From positions 5,250,001 to 5,282,000 of the forward strand of contig NZ_CP042911.1 in the NCBI RefSeq assembly GCF_008065095.1: a stretch of DNA of 32,000 nt, read 5' to 3'. The translations under genes and the position numbers were made by a program. Source of the stretch: Gemmata obscuriglobus (GTDB taxonomy: Bacteria > Planctomycetota > Planctomycetia > Gemmatales > Gemmataceae). Shown one piece after another: positions 18,397 through 25,310 of the stretch (its first letter is position 1; each line of letters starts with the position of its first letter). The notes under the pieces are model-generated. The model was not told where the DNA came from and did no database searches. It was given only the letters and a program-made list of their open reading frames with translations.

Positions 18397-19218
18397 ATGA
18401 GTGAGGCGCGACGAGGATACCCGAGCGACGTGACGGACGACGAGTGGTCGTTCGCGGCCCCGTATCTGACCCTGCTCCGAGAGGATGCCGAGCAGCGGAC
18501 GCACGACCTGCGATCGGTGTTCGATGCGTTGCGCGGGGTGGTCAAGACGGGTGCCCACTGGCGGTACATCCCGAATGACTTCCCGCCGTGGGCGGCGGTG
18601 TACCCGCCGGCCCGGCCGTGGCTCGCGGCCGGGTGCTTCGAGGCGATGGCACATGACCTGCGCGAGGTGATCCGGGCGGCGGCCGGGCGGGACCCGAGCC
18701 CGACGGCCGCGGTGATGGACGGCCGCACCATCCCGTCCACGCCCGGGAGTGGGACCCGGGCCGGGTATGACGGGTACAAGCGGCGCCGCGGGTCCAAGGT
18801 GCATGTGGCCGTGGACACGCTGGGATTGCTGCTGGCGGTGCGGGTGACGGCCGCCAGCGAACAGGAGCGGGCGCAGGTGTTCGATCTGGCCTCGGACGTT
18901 CAGGAGGCGACCGGGCAGACGGTCACCCCGGCGTTCGTGGACCAGGGGTACACCGGAGATCCGCCGGCGGCGGATGCGGCGGCCCACGGCATCCGGCTGG
19001 AGGTGGTCAAGCGGCCCGAGGCCAACAAGGGGTTCGTGCTGCTGCCGAGGCGCCGGGTGGTCGAGCGCCGCTTCGGGTGGCTGGCTCGGTTCCGGCGGTT
19101 GGCACGGGACGACGAGCGCACCGCCGAGGTTCTGGCCGGGTGGCACTGGGTGGCATTCGCGGGCCTCATGCTCACCCGCGTCATGAAACTGGCCCAAGAG
19201 GTCGAAAATACAATATAA
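18397..19218 (+). CDS. IS5-family DDE transposase (DUF4096 N-terminal domain plus DDE domain)
   Basis: MSEARRGYPSDVTDDEWSFAAPYL...GAHWRYIPNDFPPW...MDGRTIPST...GYDGYKRRRGSKVHVAVDTLGLLL...VDQGYTG...RRVVERRFGWL is 273 aa. The ATG is only 6 nt from the IS66-like terminus. The upstream 140 codons of the 413-aa track ORF are antisense to the IS66 element. I could not define the element ends. Confidence 0.85.
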   Translation: MSEARRGYPSDVTDDEWSFAAPYLTLLREDAEQRTHDLRSVFDALRGVVKTGAHWRYIPNDFPPWAAVYPPARPWLAAGCFEAMAHDLREVIRAAAGRDPSPTAAVMDGRTIPSTPGSGTRAGYDGYKRRRGSKVHVAVDTLGLLLAVRVTAASEQERAQVFDLASDVQEATGQTVTPAFVDQGYTGDPPAADAAAHGIRLEVVKRPEANKGFVLLPRRRVVERRFGWLARFRRLARDDERTAEVLAGWHWVAFAGLMLTRVMKLAQEVENTI

Positions 19219-19294
19219 CAATATGATATAATTAGCACATGATTACACTTGTTCCTGTGGCTCCCATGTGACTGCGCGTGAACCGCATGGTCGT

Positions 19295-19924
19295 TCAAGC
19301 CGTTCCGAACTGCCGGTCTCCGGCATCGCCCAGACCGGGCACAATGTAACCGACCTCGTTCAGGTGCGAGTCCAGCGCCGCGAGGTGAATCGGCACGTTC
19401 GGGTGAGCGGCCTGGAGTGCCGCGACGCCCTCGGGGGCAGCGATGAGGCCGATGAAAATCAGCCGCGGGGTGCCGGTTTTTTGAAGGATGTCAAGGGCCG
19501 CGATGGCGCTCCCCCCGGTTGCGAGCATCGGATCGAGGACGATGCCCACGTCCATCGTCGGTTTCGGCGGCAGCTTGTTGTAATACGTTACCGGCTTGAG
19601 CGTCGCGTGGTCGCGGTACAGACCCAGATGCCACACGGTTGCTTCGGTCAGAGCCTCGAGCATTGCCTCGGCCATACCCAACCCTGCGCGCAACACGGGA
19701 ACGAACCCCACCTGGTCGGCGATGGTTTGGCAGGTGGTTTCGGTCAGAGGCGTGTGAACGAGTGTCGGTGCGAGGCGCAGGTCGTGGGTCGCCTCGAACA
19801 GCAGCACGCGCGAGATCTCGGCGACCTGATCGCGGAACTCCGGCGGCTTCGTCTCGACCGATCGCAGTCGGGCGAGTTTGTGCTGAATCAACGGGTGTCG
19901 GGACACGTTCACGGGCGCGGGCAT
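19295..19924 (-). CDS. upp: Uracil phosphoribosyltransferase
   Basis: HPLIQHKLARLR...PVLRAGLGM...VLDPMLATGGSA...YIVPGLGDAGDRQFGT are canonical Upp motifs. The gene starts 18 nt downstream of the deoA stop. Confidence 0.95.
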   Translation of the reverse strand: MPAPVNVSRHPLIQHKLARLRSVETKPPEFRDQVAEISRVLLFEATHDLRLAPTLVHTPLTETTCQTIADQVGFVPVLRAGLGMAEAMLEALTEATVWHLGLYRDHATLKPVTYYNKLPPKPTMDVGIVLDPMLATGGSAIAALDILQKTGTPRLIFIGLIAAPEGVAALQAAHPNVPIHLAALDSHLNEVGYIVPGLGDAGDRQFGTA

Positions 19925-19942
19925 GGGTTCCCCTGTGCGGCG

Positions 19943-21256
19943 TTAGGTGACTTGTTCCAGGACGAGCGGTTCGGACCCCGGCGGCGCGCCGCCGATGGCA
20001 AACGATTCTTTGAGAAGGTCTAGCGCGGCGCCCACCCTCGGCCCGCCGCGATGATGCACCTCGAACACCACGTGTTTCGTGCCGACGTGTTCGCCAGGTT
20101 TGGCGCGCACGATCACGCCGACCGCGGGGTCGATGGCGTCCTCGGCGCGGTCGCGCCCACCGCCGAGCAACCGCACGGCAACCCCCACCTTCTCCGCGTT
20201 CATGGAGACGACATAGCCGGCGCGGTCGGCGGTTACGGCCGTAATCGCGCCGGTAGACGGAAGGCGAGCGTAGTCGTCGATGACGCCGGGATCACCACCC
20301 TGTTGTTCGATGCATCTGCGCAGCACCTCGAGTCCGGTCCCGCTGGTCAGTGCGCCGCGCACCTGCTTTTCGGCACTGGCGTCGTCCGGGGCGATGCCGG
20401 CGAGTCGCACCATTCGCGCGGCGAGTGTGACTGACAGGTCGGTCAGGTCCGGCGGGCCGTTGCCTTTCAGCGTTTCGATGCTCTCGATCACTTCGAGCCC
20501 GTTCCCGACGTACCGACCCAGCGGGACGTCCATCGTGGTGATGAACGCGCTCATCCGGAGCCCATTTGCGGTGCCAACATTCACGATCGAGTCTGCCAGC
20601 GCCCGGCCCTGTTCGCGCGTCTTCATGAACGCCCCGGCCCCGCACTTCACATCCATTACCAAGCCCGAGATGTCCTCCGATAGCTTCTTGCTCAGGATCG
20701 AAGCCGTGATGAGCGGGATGCTCTCCACGGTCGAGGTGACGTCGCGCAGCGCGTAGAGCATCTTGTCCGCTGGCGCCACGTCGGCGGTTTGGCCGATCAT
20801 GCCGAGTCCGACTTTCCGGAGCGCGGCGCGGAGCTCCGCTTCCGACAGGTTCACCCGGAAACCCGGTATCGCTTCGAGCTTGTCGAGGGTGCCGCCAGAG
20901 TGGCCGAGCCCGCGGCCCGACATCATCGGCACGACCACCCCGCACGCCGCCGCGAGCGGCCCCAAAATGAGCGACGTCTTGTCGCCGACGCCGCCGGTGC
21001 TGTGCTTATCGACCTTGGGGCCGTCGAGGTCGGAGAGGTCGAGGCGCTTCCCAGAGTTCGCCATTGCGGCGGTGAGGGCCGCGGTCTCGTCCGGGACCAT
21101 CCCATTGAGGTAGATCGCCATGAGCAGGGCGGTGAGGTGGTACTTCTCCCACCCGCTGCCGTCGAGGCGCGCTGCCGCGGAAACGAACGCCCCGATTTGC
21201 TCGGGCGACAGCACGCCGCGGTCGCGCTTGGTCTGGATAACGTCCCCGGGTCGCAT
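19943..21256 (-). CDS. deoA: Thymidine / pyrimidine-nucleoside phosphorylase
   Basis: From the ATG at 21254-21256 the protein reads MRPGDVIQTKRDRGVLSPEQIGAFV...VDKHSTGGVGDKTSL...SGRGLGHSGGTLDKLE, 437 aa. Confidence 0.92.
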   Translation of the reverse strand: MRPGDVIQTKRDRGVLSPEQIGAFVSAAARLDGSGWEKYHLTALLMAIYLNGMVPDETAALTAAMANSGKRLDLSDLDGPKVDKHSTGGVGDKTSLILGPLAAACGVVVPMMSGRGLGHSGGTLDKLEAIPGFRVNLSEAELRAALRKVGLGMIGQTADVAPADKMLYALRDVTSTVESIPLITASILSKKLSEDISGLVMDVKCGAGAFMKTREQGRALADSIVNVGTANGLRMSAFITTMDVPLGRYVGNGLEVIESIETLKGNGPPDLTDLSVTLAARMVRLAGIAPDDASAEKQVRGALTSGTGLEVLRRCIEQQGGDPGVIDDYARLPSTGAITAVTADRAGYVVSMNAEKVGVAVRLLGGGRDRAEDAIDPAVGVIVRAKPGEHVGTKHVVFEVHHRGGPRVGAALDLLKESFAIGGAPPGSEPLVLEQVT

Positions 21257-21331
21257 GAAGTCCCCTCGGCGCCGTTGCGGGTAAGCGGAGACAGCATACC
21301 CGGCTTGCGCGGGAGGGCCAACGGTTCCCAA

Positions 21332-22076
21332 AGGTCACGCCACGGTTTGCGCCGTGACATCCTCTGGTTTATGGCAGCATGTATCTCGTTTGCGGAACGG
21401 GCATCCCGGCCGTTCGGTGAAGAACCGTGGGAGCCGGTCGTCTTGGCTGAGCACCGCGGCCCGCAGTTGGAGGATCGATTCGGCACCGTCGGGACGGTTC
21501 CAGTGCTTCTGCGTGCTCTTCACCCGTGCGTTGACCTCGCCCACCAACGACTCGACCAAACTGCTGGTCGTCGGGAGCCCGTGGCGTCGGTACCGCGGAT
21601 AGTCCATGCGATTACGATTATTCCCCAGGTAGCTCCGCGCCTGGGCCACCACCCGGCGCGGGTCCCTTTGCTCCTCGGCCGTCACCGCCTCGCTCGGTGG
21701 GGTTTCGCACAGACGCGCCTGCCACTGGTCCAGTTCCACCAGTACCTCCCCGGCTCGGCCTTGCCAGCACGCCCGCATCCACACCCGGTATTGGGACCAA
21801 CCGGCGCCCTCATCGGCGCTCACCGCCGCGGCCGCGGAGAACACGTAACAGACCGCGTGCAGGAAATCCTCGATCGGCTCGAAGTACCCGAAGTACCCGC
21901 GCCAGATGGTCCAGTTGTACGCTTGACCGTCGGCCACGAACGCGCGCCGCGGGGCCGCATAGAAGCGCCGCTCCTGGGCCTCCGCGGCCATCATCAGGCC
22001 GAACGAGGCGCTCGTCTCCAGGCTCGCCACGCACGTCCGTACCAACCGCGTCGGGGACCACCGCTCGGTCCCTTCG
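21332..22076 (-). pseudogene. 5'-truncated copy of the type A ISKra4-like element (3' 230 or so codons of the transposase plus its terminus)
   Basis: ERWSPTRLVRTCVASLETSASFGLMMAAEAQERRFYAAPRRAFVADGQAYNW...GLPTTSSLVESLVGEVNARVKSTQKHW is colinear with, but diverged from, the 4302-5955 protein. The terminus ACGCCACGGTTTGCGCC lies at 21337-21353. The upstream half is replaced by ISH3-like sequence at about 22077. Confidence 0.75.
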
Positions 22077-22821
22077 GGACCACCGCGGGGATCACGAACG
22101 GCACGTTGTGGGACTGGAGCAACCGCATCACCGCGATCGTGAAGAACGCCTTATCCAGCAGCGCCACCCGGACCGTAACTCGTGCGGCCGTCAGCTGATC
22201 CAGCAACCGGGTGAGCACGTCGGTCATGGGCTCCTTCTCGCCTACCGCGGTCACCCCGACCGTGTATCGGTCCGGTCCCCCGACGAGACACGCGGTGGCG
22301 TACGTGTGGAAGTTGAGGGTGCCCCGGCCTCCTTGGACCGGGTCGTGTCCCGGTTCGGTGTCCCGAAGTACCCGATCCGGTGGTAGTCGATGGCCACCCG
22401 CGCGGCCCGCCTCCGCTTCCCCAGTGGTGCGTGCAGGGCCGGGAGCAACCACCGCTCGAGGGTGCGGCGCCGCTTGGGGAGCGCTAGGTACTAGCAATCC
22501 CAGATGGCCTGCCCGGACGGGGCCTGGGCGATGGCGGCACACGCGGTGGCCACGGACCGGGCGAACGCGGCCGCGAACAGGATCACCTGCCACACCACCT
22601 CCGGGGTGCACCGGCGGCGCCGCCTGGGCAGTTGGACCGCTCGACCGAGCCAGTCGGTGAGCACCGGCCGCAGGTGTACGGTGGCATGGCCCCGGGTTGG
22701 TCGGATAGACTGGGTCTTGGGCCGCATGGGGGCTCCGGCAATGGGGGCGTGGTAACCACCATTAACCGGCAAACCTATGCGGCCCGCTATTCCTAAATCG
22801 CCGCCAACTTGAAACTACTGG
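22077..22821 (-). pseudogene. Truncated, decayed ISH3-like element, copy 2 (5' 60 percent or so)
   Basis: The terminus ccaacttgaaactactgg lies at 22804-22821. The coding part, MRPKTQSIRPTRGH...QAIWDC*YLALPKRRRTLER, carries an in-frame TAG and at least two frame changes (pieces appear in track ORFs 22491-22772, 22251-22448 and 21994-22611). Homology to copy 1 stops after ...VPFVIPAVV at about 22080. Confidence 0.8.
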
Positions 22822-23313
22822 AGTCGCAACCACGGGTGGCATTTCTTGACCCAAGTGCGGTCCAATCGGCGGGTCGACATCGACCGTACGGATAACAAGC
22901 CGATCTGCGAGCAACCGATCGCGAGCACCGGCACCATTGTTCATGTCGAAGGGTTTGGGCTCGTGAAGGCGTTCCGGCTCGTGGCCACAAATGGCGACAC
23001 GGAACACGGGATCACCAACGACCTGACCATGGATGAGCTCGTTCGGGTCACGTACGCCGAGCGGTCCTGGGCGATCGAGGAATACCACCGCGGGCTCAAG
23101 CAATACACCGAAGTGTAGCGGTGCTCAGCCCGCCGTACCCGCTCACAACGGAACCACATCGGGTTCGCGTTGCGCGCGTTCGTGCGGCTCGAGTGGCACC
23201 GGTTCCGTACCGGCATCAGTTGATTCGAAGCTAAATGGAGCATCATCCGTGAGGCCGTCCGGACCTATCTATCAGACCCGCGTTACCGATTGCCCGGAGA
23301 GGCAACTGCGTAA
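22822..23313 (+). pseudogene. 3' fragment of an IS4/IS701-like DDE transposase gene
   Basis: ...ERSWAIEEYHRGLKQYTEV*RCSARRTRSQRNHIGFALRAFVRLEWHRFRTGIS*FEAKWSIIREAVRTYLSDPRYRLPGEATA* has an in-frame TAG (23116-23118) and TGA (23221-23223). The 5' part is cut off by the ISH3-like terminus at 22821. Confidence 0.6.
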
Positions 23314-23356
23314 CTCCTAAGAAAGCCAGTTCGACGCGCCCAGATGTCCGCAGTGC

Positions 23357-24343
23357 CTACTCCTTGTTCAGCACCAAGTCTACGACCCAGCACCCGCGCA
23401 CGTGCGGCCCCGGCCCGCGGCAGTGGTTCAGGATGTCGGCGCGGTCGCACCCGGCGTCCTGGAGCGCGTCCGCCAGAATCGGCATCGCGGAGAAGTCGCG
23501 GGACTCGTACATGTCTGCGGCGATCGCAACGACGGTGCCGGTAAGCCACTGCGGGGCCAGAGCCGCCGTGCGGCCCCGCAGGCCGAAAACGCATTCGACA
23601 AGCCGGGCGCATTCTTCGCGGGACCATACAGCCTGTGCCAGCCGGAGCGCGGCGTGGGCTCCCGCCCAGGGAAACACCGACGTCATTATCAAGGCAACCC
23701 GAGCCTCCGCCTGGGACGAGGCGAACTGATGCACGTCGTGCGCGTCAATCGCTGACTCGGCCACCGGACCCAGTGAAGCGTGCGGTTGCTCAGCGCGGGC
23801 CTCGGTCTCGGCGAGCAGCGTGTCCAAGTCGTCGCTCGGCGTGCAACAGGCACAGCGGCAGCAAGCGACGGTGAAGAGTAACAGTTTCCGGTCAGTATGA
23901 TTGGGCTGAACGCAGTCGAGCACGTCCAGTGGGTCAAGGCCGGCCAGCCGCTCCCGTTGGGCTTGTTCCGCCTGCGGGAGCAATTCCGGTCGTCGCTGCA
24001 CGAGTGCCGCACGTCGGGCCTCGGCGTCCTCGTCCCCCGGCCGATCGCGTAACACGGCCTCGTAGGCTACGAGTGCGTCGTCCCACTGCCCGGCTCGCTC
24101 GGCACCCCACGCACGGGTGATCACATCGTCCCGTGTCGGCGTCAAGAGTCGGTAGCGCACGGCAAAAGGGCGAACCAGACACCACACACACCACCCGGCT
24201 GAGTACACAGTGCAGGCGACGACCAGACCGACAAACACCAGCGCCATCAGAGTAGCCCCGCCCACGCCCCGCCCTCCTCTCGCAGCCAGCATGACCGATC
24301 CGCGCCCGCTCACGCTCCCAGCGAAGCCGTTTGCCCCACTCAT
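23357..24343 (-). CDS. Membrane-anchored protein with a Cys-rich middle segment and a C-terminal ADALQDAGC...HCRGPGPHVRGCWVVDLVL module (function unknown)
   Basis: The TM helix is ATLMALVFVGLVVACTVYSAGWCVWCLV. It is followed by DRKLLLFTVACCRCACC and the tail MYESRDFSAMPILADALQDAGCDRADILNHCRGPGPHVRGCWVVDLVLNKE. From memory, this tail is a recurrent module of large paralogous families in planctomycetes and myxobacteria. The start is uncertain: ATG 24343 (GAAGG 5 nt upstream, chosen here), ATG 24292, or GTG 24451, which overlaps the upstream stop as GTGA. Confidence 0.7.
   Translation of the reverse strand: MSGANGFAGSVSGRGSVMLAARGGRGVGGATLMALVFVGLVVACTVYSAGWCVWCLVRPFAVRYRLLTPTRDDVITRAWGAERAGQWDDALVAYEAVLRDRPGDEDAEARRAALVQRRPELLPQAEQAQRERLAGLDPLDVLDCVQPNHTDRKLLLFTVACCRCACCTPSDDLDTLLAETEARAEQPHASLGPVAESAIDAHDVHQFASSQAEARVALIMTSVFPWAGAHAALRLAQAVWSREECARLVECVFGLRGRTAALAPQWLTGTVVAIAADMYESRDFSAMPILADALQDAGCDRADILNHCRGPGPHVRGCWVVDLVLNKE
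24279..24311. repeat. 33-nt repeat, copy 1 (29/33 identical to 24876-24908)
   Basis: ctcgcagccagcatgaccgatccgcgcccgctc lies in the 5' region of the 23357-24343 gene. The candidate start ATG at 24292 falls inside it. Confidence 0.7.
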
Positions 24344-24447
24344 CACCGCCTTCGCTTCCCTTCCTTGCTCCCAGCTTGTCGCGGCTCCCAACGCCGTGCG
24401 GCCTTGCCGAGTCCTGAAATGTGGCGCCTGGGTTCCGCGGTGACGGG

Positions 24448-24786
24448 TCACACAGTCGAGACAACTAGCCGGATGGCGTCCTTCTCGGGAATGCCCGCGA
24501 CCTCAGCCACAACAGGGTAAAGTTGGAGGACATCCCAGCCTTTGACACCCCGCAGGAACTTCACAGCTTCTTGAAGGTCCATTCCGTTACTGAGCGCAGT
24601 ACGTAAGGCAATCTCGACCTCATCACGAAACGGGCCGGTCGGCACGTCTTGAACGCGCTCCGCCAACCTGCGCCAGCCCAGCGCGCGCAGAATCGGAGTG
24701 ACCACGCCACTCAAACCGACCACGAGCAACGCGGCCAGCATCAGCCACGGGTTCGGCAACGGGGCGACGACAGCGCTCAGTAGCAC
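24448..24786 (-). CDS. Small membrane protein (one N-terminal TM helix plus a soluble domain of about 70 aa), function unknown
   Basis: VLLSAVVAPLPNPWLMLAALLVVGLSGVVTPIL is followed by ...FRDEVEIALRTALSNGMDLQEAVKFLRGVKGWDVLQLYPVVAEVAGIPEKDAIRLV, which has a balanced, protein-like composition. By eye it has many more A/T-ending codons than the neighbouring housekeeping genes. The start is the GTG at 24786 (alternative ATG at 24741). Confidence 0.6.
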   Translation of the reverse strand: MLLSAVVAPLPNPWLMLAALLVVGLSGVVTPILRALGWRRLAERVQDVPTGPFRDEVEIALRTALSNGMDLQEAVKFLRGVKGWDVLQLYPVVAEVAGIPEKDAIRLVVSTV

Positions 24787-24875
24787 CCCACCGCACAGGC
24801 CCCGAACTTAAAGCAGCCTCGCGCCCCATCTTGTCAGGTCGCTCGGGTTCATGTCCGTCTCCGCTTCGACAAGGA

Positions 24876-24908
24876 CTCGCACTCAGCATGACCGATCCGA
24901 ACCCGCTC
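24876..24908. repeat. 33-nt repeat, copy 2
   Basis: ctcgcactcagcatgaccgatccgaacccgctc lies about 90-120 nt upstream (in minus-strand sense) of the 24448-24786 ORF. Confidence 0.7.
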
Positions 24909-25112
24909 GCCAAGGCTCAATTAATTCGCTCGCCCTTGCGGACGACAAACACCCTGGACACCTACCTTGTGCGGTTGCGCTGCGTTAACTGGTTCCGGTC
25001 CCGCAAGCGAACAGTATCACGCTCGCACCGGGAGCGAACCTCTTTCCTCGCATCGTGTCCGTCTTGTGCCAGTCGGCACCGCCGGCGGCCCCGCTCTGGA
25101 TTCACTCGTTGT

Positions 25113-25135
25113 GAAAAAAAGGCCGCACCTGCGGC
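25113..25135 (-). terminator. Canonical intrinsic terminator on the minus strand (GC hairpin plus T7)
   Basis: The minus strand reads GGCCGC aggt GCGGCC TTTTTTT (A7 on the + strand at 25113-25119, stem and loop at 25120-25135). No minus-strand gene lies upstream of it. Confidence 0.5.
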
Positions 25136-25193
25136 CGGGCGTGGGAAGCCAGCTCACCGCAGTCGCTCGTTGCGGCTGAGGAGCTTCAGTACC

Positions 25194-25229
25194 ATGCAGC
25201 CACGCAAGGTTCACGTCAACGTCGGCACC
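25194..25229 (+). pseudogene. tuf: EF-Tu paralogue, 5' fragment (12 codons), separated from the rest by IS insertion
   Basis: atg cag cca cgc aag gtt cac gtc aac gtc ggc acc translates to MQPRKVHVNVGT, with GAGGAG 11 nt upstream. It joins in frame to [11 protein letters not shown] at 28308, restoring the EF-Tu P-loop region. Confidence 0.85.
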
Positions 25230-25310
25230 TGGGTGCCCCTCTGGATTTTGGCATTTGTGAACGGTATGGGAGCCGGCTGGGGAAGCCGTGGCAATCTGGG
25301 AGGGATGCTG

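Noticed and set aside
19246-19263. cacttgttcctgtggctc as the right inverted repeat of the IS5-family element
   Set aside because: Its reverse complement GAGCCACAGGAACAAGTG loosely resembles IS5-group ends. I could not find a partner on the left side, neither next to the ATG nor in the 16842-16909 spacer, so I do not report element boundaries.
20789-22198. 469-aa + strand ORF. The same reasoning applies to 802-1938 (+), 2323-3639 (+), 26427-27698 (-) and 28230-29519 (-).
   Set aside because: All are antisense to genes or transposases with clear identities and have shadow-ORF composition.
24787-25193. Search for tRNA genes upstream of the EF-Tu paralogue, since tuf genes often follow tRNAs
   Set aside because: Neither strand shows a GTTCGAATC-type T-loop with matching stems or an acceptor/anticodon arrangement. 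ggttccggtccc and gagcgaacc do not form tRNA arms.
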